Below, one piece after another: positions 1 to 14,123 of a DNA stretch of 64,000 nt (positions are counted from its first letter, which is position 1; each line of letters starts with the position of its first letter). This stretch comes from Bdellovibrionales bacterium (GTDB taxonomy: Bacteria > Bdellovibrionota > Bdellovibrionia > Bdellovibrionales > UBA1609). A program made the translations under genes and the position numbers. Below the pieces are notes generated by a model. That model saw only the letters and a program-made list of their open reading frames with translations. It searched no databases and had not been told where the DNA came from. Location: positions 3,238 to 67,237 of the forward strand of contig JBFWVI010000009.1 of NCBI GenBank assembly GCA_050246815.1, in the 5' to 3' direction.

Positions 1-208
1 CTGTGTAGTTGACCGCAAACCAAGGCGCTGTGATCTCCACTTCATTGTCGGTGCCTGCATTCAGTGTGAAATCCGACAAAATCACAATGGGAGTTTTGGG
101 GTGAATTTGAAAATTGACCTGCTTGCTGATGGTGTTTTCATCACCACAATTCACAAGGCTCATCATGGCCATCGCGACCAAGCTCAGTCGTAACCCCAGT
201 TGTTTCAT
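1..208 (-). CDS. Small secreted/lipoprotein-like protein, N-terminal part only (gene runs off the window start); paralog of 1715..2224
   Basis: Reverse-strand ATG at 208-206 gives MKQLGLRLSLVAMAMMSLVNCGDEN... (signal peptide ending in Cys). It continues ...PIVILSDFTLNAGTDNEVEITAPWFAVNY, which aligns with PVVILSDFTLNPGKDTEREIRAPWFATTY of the 1715..2224 product. It is absent from the ORF track because no stop lies in the window. Confidence 0.45.
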   Translation of the reverse strand, partial: MKQLGLRLSLVAMAMMSLVNCGDENTISKQVNFQIHPKTPIVILSDFTLNAGTDNEVEITAPWFAVNYT

Positions 209-353
209 CCGGCCCTCCGTGGAAGGTCTTCAATTGCTTAAGGATTTCCATATCCATTATCGGCATAAATCGTCGTTTTTTTGAGATCTTAAGGTCGCCT
301 TGTCTCATTTCTAGACAATGGACAGGGCGTTAAAAGCATAATAAACCAGAGGC

Positions 354-1697
354 ATGGATTTATTCACCCAAAGTGCCAACAATTTCGCAGCACAAATGGG
401 ACCTTTGGCCGAACGCCTAAGGCCCACAACAGCGAAAGATTTGGTTGGTCTGCCGCGTGACACGGGCCCGTGGCGATTGGTGTGGCGCGCCCTTGAGGGC
501 CATGGGCTGTCCACCAATCTGATTTTTTGGGGACCACCCGGAACTGGTAAGACCTCTTTGGCTCGCGTTCTTGCCACGGTCTGCGAAGCCCATTTTGTTG
601 CGGTGAACGCTATCGATTCGGGCGCTAAAGAATTGCGCCAAATTGGGGAACAGGCCCGCTACCGCCGCGGCCAAGACCAACGTCCAACAGTTTTGTTTAT
701 TGATGAAATCCATCGTTTGAACAAAGGTCAGCAAGATGTGCTGTTGCCATTCAGCGAGCGCGGTGATTTTGTTTTAATTGGCGCCACCACCGAAAACCCC
801 TCTTATGAGTTGAACCAGGCCTTGCTCAGCCGCTGCCAAGTGGTGAAGTTTGAACGCTTGGTGGAATCTGATCTGCTCCAATTACTCGAAAAGGCCTCCG
901 CCAAAGAGCAAGCAGACTTGGATCAAATTCTGACTAAGCCGGCACAAGAGCAACTGCTGCGCTCAAGTGACGGCGATGCCCGCCGCCTGCTGACCCAGTT
1001 TGAGTCCATTTTGCTTTTAACCCGTGCCGATGTGAGCATCATCACTCCTTTAACTCCTGAAAGCATGACAACCCTTCTGGACAAACCAACACTGGGTTAT
1101 CAAAAAACCGGTGATGATCACTACGATTGCATTTCGGCCTTTATCAAAAGTGTGCGTGGCAGCGATCCTGATGCTGCTGTTTATTATTTGGTGCGTATGC
1201 TGGAAAGCGGTGAAGACCCGGTGTTCATCGCCCGCCGCCTGGTGATTTTGGCATCGGAAGACATTGGCAACGCGGATCCACGTGGTCTCAGCGTGGCGGT
1301 GGCGGGACTGCAAGCCGTCGAATTGGTCGGTATGCCCGAAGCCTCCATCAGTCTTGCACAAGTGACCACCTACCTCGCTTCTGCGCCAAAATCGAATGCT
1401 TCCTACATGGCGCTTAAAAATGCAGAAAAAGTGGTCCGCGAAACGGGGCGTGAAGAGGTGCCGCTGGCTTTGCGTTCATCAAAAACCCAACTCAACAAGG
1501 GCATGGGCTACGGCAAAGGCTATCTGTATTCGCACGATGGTCCGCGCGGCTTCCAAGCCCAAGAATTTTTACCCGAACGTCTGCGCGGCCAAAAATTTTA
1601 CGAGCCTAAAGAGCTGGGCTTCGAAAAAAACATCCGCCAATATCTGGCCTGGATCCGCGGTCAAAAAAGAACTGGTGCAGAATCGGGCGAATCTTAA
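354..1697 (+). CDS. rarA: Replication-associated recombination protein A (RarA/MgsA AAA+ ATPase)
   Basis: 447-aa ORF with Walker A GPPGTGKTSLARV and Walker B VLFIDEIHRLNK. It has the RarA-type C-terminal helical domain (DPDAAVYYLVRMLESGEDPVFIARRLVILASEDIGNADP). An AGAGG-like RBS precedes the ATG. Confidence 0.9.
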   Translation: MDLFTQSANNFAAQMGPLAERLRPTTAKDLVGLPRDTGPWRLVWRALEGHGLSTNLIFWGPPGTGKTSLARVLATVCEAHFVAVNAIDSGAKELRQIGEQARYRRGQDQRPTVLFIDEIHRLNKGQQDVLLPFSERGDFVLIGATTENPSYELNQALLSRCQVVKFERLVESDLLQLLEKASAKEQADLDQILTKPAQEQLLRSSDGDARRLLTQFESILLLTRADVSIITPLTPESMTTLLDKPTLGYQKTGDDHYDCISAFIKSVRGSDPDAAVYYLVRMLESGEDPVFIARRLVILASEDIGNADPRGLSVAVAGLQAVELVGMPEASISLAQVTTYLASAPKSNASYMALKNAEKVVRETGREEVPLALRSSKTQLNKGMGYGKGYLYSHDGPRGFQAQEFLPERLRGQKFYEPKELGFEKNIRQYLAWIRGQKRTGAESGES

Positions 1698-1714
1698 GTC
1701 TGGCGCGGTGAGTT

Positions 1715-2224
1715 TTATTTCGTCTCGAACGAGTAGCTTTTACTTAGGCGGTCCACCGGCATTTGTGGGGTGCCAAACCAACCCATAATTTCCACGGTCA
1801 CGCGAAATTGAGTGTGGTTGTTTGGATCAAAAAGCCCATCGATAAAGAGGGGCAGGCAGGCCTCCACTTCGGATTCGGCAGGTATAAAATCCAAGTACGC
1901 GGGATTATGTTCGCGGCCGCAAGCGTCCACACCCGCATAATCGCTCGCCTTTAGAATGATTTTAGTTTCCCTTCCCCCTGAATTCACCACGGTGAATTTA
2001 AGCGTTTGCAGGGTGATTGATGTGTTCGAGCCATTTTTAATGGAGTAGGTCGTGGCAAACCAGGGTGCGCGAATTTCTCGTTCGGTGTCTTTGCCTGGAT
2101 TGAGAGTGAAGTCAGACAGAATGACCACAGGCAAACTCGGGTTCATTTTAAAATCGATTTGTTCATTTTGCGCGGCCTGTGCCAACTGACTGGCCAAACA
2201 TAAAGCCAAAATCTGAGCTCGCAT
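1715..2224 (-). CDS. Hypothetical secreted protein (paralog of the partial gene at 1..208)
   Basis: I prefer the ATG at 2224 (MRAQILALCLASQLAQA, signal-peptide-like), which is preceded by a GGGGGGA RBS, over the longer 2254 start in the ORF track. No recognisable catalytic motif. Confidence 0.55.
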   Translation of the reverse strand: MRAQILALCLASQLAQAAQNEQIDFKMNPSLPVVILSDFTLNPGKDTEREIRAPWFATTYSIKNGSNTSITLQTLKFTVVNSGGRETKIILKASDYAGVDACGREHNPAYLDFIPAESEVEACLPLFIDGLFDPNNHTQFRVTVEIMGWFGTPQMPVDRLSKSYSFETK

Positions 2225-2267
2225 AAGTCCCCCCGTGAAGACAGCAGGACTCAAGTGTAAGGAGGAG

Positions 2268-2678
2268 TTAGCCGCGTTGCAAGCGGTTCCAAATACTCTG
2301 CAACTTGGTTTTGATGGTGGATTCGCTGAACGGTTTCACCACATAATCCGAAACCCCTAAGGCCACCGCGCGCAGCACGTAATCGCGCTCGCTTTCGATG
2401 GTGATCATCAAAAAGGGCACATTGACGAAGCGCGGATCCGCATTACGCGCTTCAAGCAAATCCAAACCCGTCATATTGGGCATATTCCAGTCGCAGATGA
2501 TAAACTGAAAAGGGTTTTTTTCGGCGATAGCCGACTTCATCATCGACAGCGCCTGTTGGCCGTCTTCGGCTTCGTGGACATCGTTAAAGCCCAACTTTTC
2601 CAAAATATCGCGCAACATGGTGCGAATGGTTTTGGTGTCGTCGGCAATCAAAAATTTAGTCGAACTATCAAACATCAT
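2268..2678 (-). CDS. Single-domain CheY-like response regulator receiver
   Basis: 136 aa. Acidic pocket LIADD, phospho-acceptor-type Asp in FIICDWNMPNMTGLDLL, conserved Lys in YVVKPF, and no output domain. Confidence 0.85.
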   Translation of the reverse strand: MMFDSSTKFLIADDTKTIRTMLRDILEKLGFNDVHEAEDGQQALSMMKSAIAEKNPFQFIICDWNMPNMTGLDLLEARNADPRFVNVPFLMITIESERDYVLRAVALGVSDYVVKPFSESTIKTKLQSIWNRLQRG

Positions 2679-2768
2679 CCGGCCTTTAAAGAATCCTAAC
2701 GGCGTCGTCCGGATTGCGCAACCCCGACACTGTTAAAATTTTCTCGCGCTTCGAAGTGAAGCAGGCAG

Positions 2769-3074
2769 TCAAAACGTTTTCTGGGCACAGATACATAGAC
2801 AAGGTTGTTCGCCCTCAACATGTTTTGAATGGCGTGTGTTCGATGGAATGATGATTTTATCTCCCGCCCGAAGCAGCAGTCGATTGCCGGCGATGTCCAG
2901 CATCATTTGTCCTTCGGCCACCATGCGCACTTCATCAAATGGATGGCGGTGGTCCGCCACATTGGTCTGTGGCGGGAACAGTTCTTCGTAGGGGGTCAAG
3001 CCCTCCGCTTCGAACATCATTTTGATTTGCTGTTTGGTCGGCACCATGGGTGCCTGCCACCGAGTGACCAACAT
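2769..3074 (-). CDS. Cupin domain protein
   Basis: Cupin metal-site-like motif HRHPFDEVRMVAEGQ...IIIPSNTRHSKHVEG. I prefer the ATG at 3074 (MLVTRWQAP...) because a GAGGAG RBS sits 4 nt upstream. The ORF-track start at 3218 would overlap the divergent gene. Confidence 0.7.
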   Translation of the reverse strand: MLVTRWQAPMVPTKQQIKMMFEAEGLTPYEELFPPQTNVADHRHPFDEVRMVAEGQMMLDIAGNRLLLRAGDKIIIPSNTRHSKHVEGEQPCLCICAQKTF

Positions 3075-3220
3075 CCGACTCTCCTCGCTCTGCTGTCTAA
3101 ACAGTTGACGAATTATGCGCTCATTAGGTTGTGCCACCTCGTCACCCGTCGGGTCAATTTGTCTTGAAGTGAGTCTATCTTCGCCAAAGAGCGATATTGA
3201 TACAGGACAATACTCCAAAA

Positions 3221-3817
3221 ATGGGGCCGTTTCTTAAGTCCGTTGACGAGGGGGTCGAAGAGAGGGTTGTCCAAGGCTCGAGTAGCTTTGCTGGAGGACT
3301 GAACTTGAACAGCGTCAATGACCCAAGCCAAAATGGCCCGAATGTGCGAAAAATCGCCGATTTCGTTGCGCAGAGCGCCGGGCTCAAGTCCTGGTGCCTT
3401 AACGACCGCATTGAAATCCTGCAGAAAACCGATGGCAAGCGACTGGCCTTTCACGACACGGATGTGGACGAAGTCATCCCGCGTTTGGATTCCGATGGTC
3501 AGCCTTTTCTGCAAATTAACTTTAACTCAGGTAAAAAAATTCTTCTGACAGATAACTTTATTGGTTTTAAGCCCGCTCAATGTGTGGGCCTTGATATGGA
3601 CCGCCTGCCGAAGGTCGTCACCACTCCCGATTTGATCAGCGTCGTCGAGGCGATCGAAGAGAGCATGACCACGCAAATCACCAATGAAGAAGTCGATGTT
3701 TTGCGCCGCGTGTTTGACTCCGTCTTAAAGGGGGGCGAATCGATTGGTTTTGATCTCACCTCTGAACGCATGTGGCTTCAGCGCATAACCAAGTCGACAG
3801 GCAAAGCTTCTGCTTAA
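3221..3817 (+). CDS. Hypothetical protein
   Basis: This is the longest ORF in the interval (track: 3197..3817 from a TTG; first ATG at 3221). The C-terminal half (LQINFNSGKKILLTDNFIGFKP...LPKVVTTPDLISVVEAIEESM) looks protein-like. I do not recognise a family. Confidence 0.4.
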   Translation: MGPFLKSVDEGVEERVVQGSSSFAGGLNLNSVNDPSQNGPNVRKIADFVAQSAGLKSWCLNDRIEILQKTDGKRLAFHDTDVDEVIPRLDSDGQPFLQINFNSGKKILLTDNFIGFKPAQCVGLDMDRLPKVVTTPDLISVVEAIEESMTTQITNEEVDVLRRVFDSVLKGGESIGFDLTSERMWLQRITKSTGKASA

Positions 3818-4028
3818 TAAATAAATATAATTTATATTAATCAATTTCGCTCAAGTGGCTTGCCGTTTTAAGCCCTTCTTCGGGCTCCCGTCCCCCAGTT
3901 TTTAAAAACCAACCCCCTCAAACCTCAAATCCCGGTTTTTAGGCCCTAAAACAGCTTTTTTTCGCCGCCGCTTGACTGTCTGCCCGCGATTAAGCATCTT
4001 AGCCCCTCGCGCGATTTGCGAAGCCCGT

Positions 4029-4104
<76 letters not shown>

Positions 4105-4254
4105 CTAAAGCTTCGCCGATTAAGCGATAAGGTGTTGTAAACACTTGAGTTTTTCGCCCACTCGAAACTGCAAAACTTTTCTTCGAAAAAGATTGCGAAT
4201 TGAGATTGACGTGAGCCCCTCAAGTCCATTAGAACCCTTAGCTCTGCAAAAAAC

Positions 4255-4267
4255 TGCTCTTTGAAAA
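4255..4267 (+). promoter_or_regulatory. boxA-like rRNA antitermination element in the 16S leader
   Basis: TGCTCTTTGAAAA compared with the enterobacterial boxA consensus TGCTCTTTAACAA. It lies between tRNA-Ala and the 16S gene. Confidence 0.5.
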
Positions 4268-4305
4268 CTAAATAGCTAGTCAACACAAGAAGGTTTTAGG
4301 TCTCG
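4257..4305 (+). other. 5' half of the 16S precursor processing stem (pairs with 6001..6040)
   Basis: Leader AAAACTAAATAGCTAGTCAA is the reverse complement of spacer TTGACTAGCTGTTTAGTTTT (6014..6033), allowing one U-G pair. Flanking bases extend the complementarity. This is a typical RNase III-type stem enclosing the 16S. Confidence 0.6.
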
Positions 4306-4430
4306 ATCCTTTGAAGACCGCAAGGTCGGCTAAAGGAACGAGTCAATGAATTTTTAGTTTTGTCATGCAATACGTTGAAAAACGATTTGATGCTTAGACA
4401 AACTATTTTGTTTAAAAATTTAAAAGTTTA

Positions 4431-5955
<1,525 letters not shown>

Positions 5956-6096
5956 TTTAGACTGTCGAACGGTGTTCGGCACGTCTCACTTCGTTGGTCA
6001 TCCCTAAGACCTTTTGACTAGCTGTTTAGTTTTGAGAGAGCACAAAGCCACTTTGCGGTACGTTGTTTCTGGTGGCGGTGTAGATAGAAGACCTAG

Positions 6097-6173
<77 letters not shown>

Positions 6174-6241
6174 TCTTTTCAAGCAAGAGTTCGCGGAAGC
6201 GAAAGTTTGCTTGAGAATATGAGAGGCGAAAGCTTTCTCTG

Positions 6242-6254
6242 TGATCTTTGAAAA
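6242..6254 (+). promoter_or_regulatory. Second boxA-like element in the 16S-23S spacer
   Basis: TGATCTTTGAAAA resembles the leader copy at 4255..4267 and lies upstream of the 23S, as in many rRNA operons. Confidence 0.4.
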
Positions 6255-6404
6255 TAGAATATATTTGTTATCGATAGTTAAGTTTTTAACTATCAGCAAA
6301 AAAACCATAAGTTTTTTATTTTTTAGATTAGAGAAAAGATAAGAATTACTACCTAACAAAAATTAGGTTCAAGTAATTCTTAGCAAGGTGAGTTCAAATA
6401 CGAA

Positions 6405-9387
<2,983 letters not shown>

Positions 9388-9434
9388 TTTATTTGAACTC
9401 AATCCTTGCTAAGAATGACTTGTGCTTAATTTTT

Positions 9435-9550
9435 GCTGGTGTCTATAGCGGCGGGGCCACACCTGATCCCATCCCGAACTCAGAAGTTAAGTCCGCCAGC
9501 GGCGATGGTAGTGCAGCGGTAACGCTGTGGGAGAGTAGCACGATGCCAGC
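9435..9550 (+). rRNA. rrf: 5S ribosomal RNA
   Basis: About 116 nt. The terminal helix is GCTGG.../...CCAGC, and the conserved core CCCATCCCGAACTCAGAAGTTAAG is present. Confidence 0.85.
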
Positions 9551-9560
9551 TTTTTTTTGT

Positions 9561-9598
9561 AAAGCCCGTCTTGGGAGACCAAGACGGGCTTTTTTTTT
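9561..9598 (+). terminator. Rho-independent terminator of the rRNA operon
   Basis: A perfect 12-bp stem AGCCCGTCTTGG / CCAAGACGGGCT with a GAGA loop, followed by T8. Confidence 0.8.
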
Positions 9599-9705
9599 GC
9601 CTTTTTGAGGTCATTGCCATGACTTTGCCCGCCTTGATTCGTTTTCGTGATTCCCCGTAGAATTCCAAATGGTTTTTTAGTCCATTCGAAGGCAGTGGGA
9701 AACAT

Positions 9706-11034
9706 TTGAACTGTAGCGCCTATTTCAAATTGCTTGTGGGGCTTTTGCTTGGACTTTGTGCCGAGGCTTGGGCCGCCACTGATGGGCTGGTGGGCATGCG
9801 CTCCCTGCTGAGTTGGGCAAAAGAAAGCCAAGTGGATTGGCGCGAGGCTACTTACGCACGAGAAAAAGCCGGGATGAGTGTCACTTCGGCGCGCTCGGTG
9901 TTCTTGCCGGATTTAGGTCTGCGCTCGACGTATACTTACGACTGGCAACTTGATGATGCGAAAAGTGACTCGGTTTCATCTGAGGCAATGATCGTTTCGA
10001 CCTGGTCGCTTTATGACAATGGGACTTCGTTTCGAACTTTTCGCATTCGCAATTTGGAATTGGAAAAGGCCAAACTTCAGGAAACCACAGCACACAACTC
10101 AGTGAGCTATGAGGTTTTTGATCGTTACTTGCGCCACCTGTTGGCTCGTCGCCAAAAGGAAATCACCACAGGCAAACTGAATCTTTTGGTGGGGCAGTAT
10201 CGCTTGACTCAGCAACAGTATCGTCAAGGTTTGAAGACACGTCGCGATTACCAGCGGCTCGAGTCCGAGACGGAGCGGGCGCGCCTGAATCTGCTTCGCC
10301 AGGAAAACTCGGAGAAAGATTCTTTCGATGAGCTGAAACGCTATTTGGGCGTAAGTGGCGCGGCACTGACTTCGATGGAAAAATTAAAGATTGTACCGGT
10401 CGCGAGTTTTTTACCAGCCATGCAGCGTATGCGGGATTTTAATAAAATCAAAAAGGACCAAGTTCTAACTGTGCGAACTGCCGAGCTGGACAAAGATGTA
10501 CGCCGGTTACAGAGTTTGCAGGCCGACACGCCGCTTTGGCCAATGGTGGATTTGAATGGTCAGGTGGGTTACGGCTCGCAATCCTTTGCGGGATTTGGCG
10601 AAAGCTGGCGTGATCAGGATCGTTTCTATGGTCAGGGGCTGGTTCAATTCAGCTGGAATTTGTGGGATTGGGGCGGGCGGCGCAGTACGGCTCGTGCGGC
10701 TCAGCTTGATGAAAGGCTTTCTCATTTGCGGTTCGATCAAAGTCGTTTGAACGCAGATGCGGAATTTGAAAGATTGTTGCGCGATTATCTGCGGCTTGAA
10801 AAGTCTTTGGCCGTTGTGCGCAAGGTGCACTCCATCGAATTGAGCACATTTCGTGATATTGAAGTCGAATATCGTGAAGGGCGCGCCTCTTACTTGGACT
10901 TGATCACCAGTTTGGATCGGCGTTCGCAGGCCGAGCTGGACGTGGAGCAAGAAACGGTGGCGATGCTTTTGAATATGTCACAGCTCTTGAGAATGACGGG
11001 GGACCTGTATGAAGCTTGCCTGCAGTTGGACTAA
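9706..11034 (+). CDS. TolC-like outer membrane efflux protein
   Basis: 442 aa from a TTG start. It has a signal peptide (...LGLCAEAWA) and an outer-membrane-factor-like N-terminal pattern (ARSVFLPDLGLRSTYTY). It is the first gene of an overlapping three-gene efflux set. Confidence 0.7.
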   Translation: MNCSAYFKLLVGLLLGLCAEAWAATDGLVGMRSLLSWAKESQVDWREATYAREKAGMSVTSARSVFLPDLGLRSTYTYDWQLDDAKSDSVSSEAMIVSTWSLYDNGTSFRTFRIRNLELEKAKLQETTAHNSVSYEVFDRYLRHLLARRQKEITTGKLNLLVGQYRLTQQQYRQGLKTRRDYQRLESETERARLNLLRQENSEKDSFDELKRYLGVSGAALTSMEKLKIVPVASFLPAMQRMRDFNKIKKDQVLTVRTAELDKDVRRLQSLQADTPLWPMVDLNGQVGYGSQSFAGFGESWRDQDRFYGQGLVQFSWNLWDWGGRRSTARAAQLDERLSHLRFDQSRLNADAEFERLLRDYLRLEKSLAVVRKVHSIELSTFRDIEVEYREGRASYLDLITSLDRRSQAELDVEQETVAMLLNMSQLLRMTGDLYEACLQLD

Positions 11035-11860
11035 TTTTAACCTGGTGATGATGGCAGGGGCGCTCGCTGTGAGTTGCACTAAAAAAATCGATTCCACTGT
11101 CAAAACCGGAAAAGTTGAAAAGACCGACGTTATTCAGCGTACCACATTGAATGGCAGCCTACGTGGCAATCGGCAGAGCCAGATCCAGCCGGGGTACTCT
11201 GGTTATGTGGGCAAAGTTTTTGTGAAGGTCGGTGAAGACGTGAAGGCTGGACAGGCTTTGGTGAGCATCACGCAGACGATCAACCAAAACTTGAACGAAG
11301 TATTTCCGATACGTGCGCCGTTTGCGGGAAAGGTGACTCAAATTCTGAAGCAAGAGGGCGAATACATTTCGACGTCGAGCAGCAACAACGCTTTGTTGGT
11401 GCTGGATGATCTGACCTCGATGTGGATTGATGCCAATATCCCCGAGGTCGACATTGCCAAGGTATCTTTAGGGCTTGAGGCGCAAATTCGTGCCAATGCT
11501 TTGCCCGGACGCACTTACAAGGGGGCGGTACAGACCCTGTCACTGTCTTCCAAGGCCGCCACGGATCGTTGGGACCGAGGCCGGGTGGAGTTTCCGGCTG
11601 AAATTCGAGTGCTGGATCCGGATCAAGATCTGAAGCCCGGCATGACGGTTGTGGTGGATGTGATTTCGGCCAAAGTAGAAGGGGTACTGGCGGTGCGACA
11701 TGAATTTGTGCATCGCGAGCGTGGGGATGTTTTTTTGATCGACAAAAATGATCGGCGTTATCCGGTTGAGCTGGGACTTTCAAATGAAGACATGGTGGAA
11801 ATTCGCAGCGGTGTAAGTGAAGGTTTTGAAGTCAAAATGAAGGACTTCACAAAACTTTGA
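11009..11860 (+). CDS. Efflux pump periplasmic adaptor (MacA/HlyD-family membrane fusion lipoprotein)
   Basis: Lipoprotein-type signal (...MMAGALAVSC). Lipoyl-like hairpin halves GYVGKVFVKVGEDVKAGQALVSI and IRAPFAGKVTQI are present. It overlaps both the upstream and downstream genes. Confidence 0.75.
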   Translation: MKLACSWTNFNLVMMAGALAVSCTKKIDSTVKTGKVEKTDVIQRTTLNGSLRGNRQSQIQPGYSGYVGKVFVKVGEDVKAGQALVSITQTINQNLNEVFPIRAPFAGKVTQILKQEGEYISTSSSNNALLVLDDLTSMWIDANIPEVDIAKVSLGLEAQIRANALPGRTYKGAVQTLSLSSKAATDRWDRGRVEFPAEIRVLDPDQDLKPGMTVVVDVISAKVEGVLAVRHEFVHRERGDVFLIDKNDRRYPVELGLSNEDMVEIRSGVSEGFEVKMKDFTKL

Positions 11861-13950
11861 TGGAGCTGCTGCTTGAAACCCGCAATTTGGGCTTTTCTTA
11901 TAAGACAGGGCCGCCTGTTTTAAAGGGTATTTCGTTTGGAATTCGGCATGGCGAATTTGTGGCAATCACAGGTCCATCGGGCTCGGGCAAGTCGACTTTG
12001 TTTTATTTGTTGGGTGCGCTGACTTCTAAATTCAAAGGCGATATTTTTTTTGAAGGCATTTCTTACCGCACCATGAGTGCCGAGAAAGCCGCCGTGTTTC
12101 GCAATCAAAATATCGGCTTTGTATTTCAGCAGTTTTACCTGCTGCCGCGGGCGAATGTTTTGGACAACATATTGTTACCAGCAAATTATCCCTTTGAAAC
12201 TTCGCGCCCCACACTGGTGGACCAAGAACGAGCTAAAAATTTAGCTCATGAGTTGGGAATAGAGCATTTACTAGAGCGCGGACCACAACAGCTTTCGGGC
12301 GGGCAGCAACAACGAGTGGCGATTGCGCGAGCCCTGCTGCGAGACCCAGATTTGATTTTGGCTGATGAACCCACGGGAAATTTGGACAGTCACTCGAGTG
12401 AGGCGGTTTTTGGCTTGCTGCGCGAGATGAATCGCAAAGGAAAAACCGTGGTTTTGATTACTCACAGCCAAGAACTAGCCAATCAGTGCGAGCGAATCAT
12501 TCGCTTTAAAGATGGTGAAATCGAAGAGGATGTGAAAAATGGATCTAAATCGGCAGAGGGTTCTGTTCAAGAGTCAAAGGGGGCGCTTGAAGGACTGAAT
12601 CTTTCGGACATCGCCAAATTTCGTATGCGGGAACCTTTGGCCCCCGGGTCGCGTTGGATGCAGTTTTTGGCCACATGGTCTTTGGTTTCTTATTGGCGAT
12701 CGCTTCGGCCTGCCATAGAAAATATCCGGCGCAGTAAGGCCAAATCTTTTTTGACGATGCTGGGTGTGGTGCTGGGGATCGCGGCGGTTTTGAGTACGAT
12801 GAGTCTGGGCGATTTTACCAAACGGCGGGTGCTGGCCGGCTATGAGTCAATGGGTGTTAATAACTTGAATTTGAATGGTTATCCAAATTGGCGCCGCAGC
12901 TCGCGTGAATATGCCCCAGCTATTTTTCAGGCCTTTGATTGGCGGCGGGACTTGTTACCATTACAAAAAATATTCACTGAAATTGAGGCCATGTCACCCG
13001 TGCTGCAAGTGTGGAGCCCTAAATTTAATTTCGGCGGTAACACTTTGTCAGACGACACGACCTTGCTGGGGGTGAATGAAGACTATTATATGATCACTAA
13101 TCAGCAGCTTAAGGAGGGGCGACGCTTGATGTGGTTGGACGTCGAGAACGCCCATCCGGTGTGCGTGATTGGCTCAGGCGTGCAGAAGAAACTGTTCCGC
13201 CATGATGCTGCCCTGGATCGCATCGTCACCATTTTGCCGCAAAATCAAGAAAGTGAAATTCCGTGTCGCGTGGTGGGCGTATACAAACCTCAGCCGTCGC
13301 AAAATGCCAACAACCAGCCCGATGATATGATTTACGCACCTTACACCTACTTGCAGCGCGGTTTGACCAATCCTTGGGAGCGGGACATGCGCGGAGTTTC
13401 GATCAAAATCAGTTCCGGTTTTGACCCGGATAAAATGGGCAAACAATTTGAAGGGTATTTTAAGTCCCGCTATGGCAACACGGGCCAATTCAATTCCAAT
13501 TCGAATGCGAAGGCCATCGCCGAGATGCGACTTTTTGTGGCCATTTTTTCATCGCTTTTGACTGCGGTGGCGCTGATCGCCTTGATTGTTGGCGGGGTTG
13601 GGATCAACAACATGATGTTGGTGAATTTATCAGAGCGATTAAAGGAGCTGGGCTTACGCAAGGCCTTGGGCGCGACACCACAGCAGATTCGCGCACTGCT
13701 GCTGACCGAGTCTTTGGTTTTGTGTCTGATCGGCGGTGTGGTGGGTTTGATTTTAGGATTTTGTGGATACCACGGCTTGATCTATGCCGCGACGAAGTTA
13801 ATTCCAAACCTTGAGTTTCAGTGGGTTGTGCTATGGGGGGCTGTGCTGCTGTCGGGAGGCGCGGTCATCATCACGGGACTTTTAAGTGGCATGACTCCGG
13901 CGCTCAAAGCGGAACGTCTTCAAGTTATCGATGCGCTAAGACAGGAATAG
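11860..13950 (+). CDS. macB: MacB-type ABC transporter (fused ATPase + FtsX-like permease)
   Basis: Walker [10 protein letters not shown], signature [15 protein letters not shown] and Walker [13 protein letters not shown]. These are followed by a large periplasmic loop and C-terminal TM helices. The ATG at 11860 overlaps the adaptor stop (TGATG). Confidence 0.85.
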   Translation: MELLLETRNLGFSYKTGPPVLKGISFGIRHGEFVAITGPSGSGKSTLFYLLGALTSKFKGDIFFEGISYRTMSAEKAAVFRNQNIGFVFQQFYLLPRANVLDNILLPANYPFETSRPTLVDQERAKNLAHELGIEHLLERGPQQLSGGQQQRVAIARALLRDPDLILADEPTGNLDSHSSEAVFGLLREMNRKGKTVVLITHSQELANQCERIIRFKDGEIEEDVKNGSKSAEGSVQESKGALEGLNLSDIAKFRMREPLAPGSRWMQFLATWSLVSYWRSLRPAIENIRRSKAKSFLTMLGVVLGIAAVLSTMSLGDFTKRRVLAGYESMGVNNLNLNGYPNWRRSSREYAPAIFQAFDWRRDLLPLQKIFTEIEAMSPVLQVWSPKFNFGGNTLSDDTTLLGVNEDYYMITNQQLKEGRRLMWLDVENAHPVCVIGSGVQKKLFRHDAALDRIVTILPQNQESEIPCRVVGVYKPQPSQNANNQPDDMIYAPYTYLQRGLTNPWERDMRGVSIKISSGFDPDKMGKQFEGYFKSRYGNTGQFNSNSNAKAIAEMRLFVAIFSSLLTAVALIALIVGGVGINNMMLVNLSERLKELGLRKALGATPQQIRALLLTESLVLCLIGGVVGLILGFCGYHGLIYAATKLIPNLEFQWVVLWGAVLLSGGAVIITGLLSGMTPALKAERLQVIDALRQE

Positions 13951-14123
13951 CATTTTTTTTCGCAGATAAATTTGTCCAAAAAATATTCAGATTCAACCTG
14001 ATCCCGATTTGGTTGGGGTAAGATGTCTCACTTTGAGACCGTTCGTATTTAAATAAATCTGAAGCTTCTCTCCAAGTTTAAATTGGCTGATAATGGGAGC
14101 AGTAGACTTATGCCGGGGTACCC

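Noticed and set aside
3113-3514. A 133-aa minus-strand ORF overlapping the 3221..3817 gene, and the long version of the cupin ORF up to 3218
   Set aside because: The cupin has a strong GAGGAG RBS at the 3074 start, and family members are about 100 aa. The plus-strand frame is longer and looks more protein-like. My confidence in 3221..3817 remains only moderate.
3971-4000. A possible rRNA/tRNA-Ala promoter: TTGACT at 3971-3976 after a T-rich tract
   Set aside because: I could not find a convincing -10 hexamer at 16-18 nt spacing (the best candidates are CATCTT and TAAGCA). A second TTGACG at about 4206 is paired only with TTAGAA. Too weak to call without transcript mapping.
10507-11783. Minus-strand ORFs of 147 and 167 aa inside the TolC-like and adaptor genes
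   Set aside because: They are antisense to a coherent, overlapping three-gene efflux operon. Their products are Pro/Arg/His-rich with no recognisable motifs.
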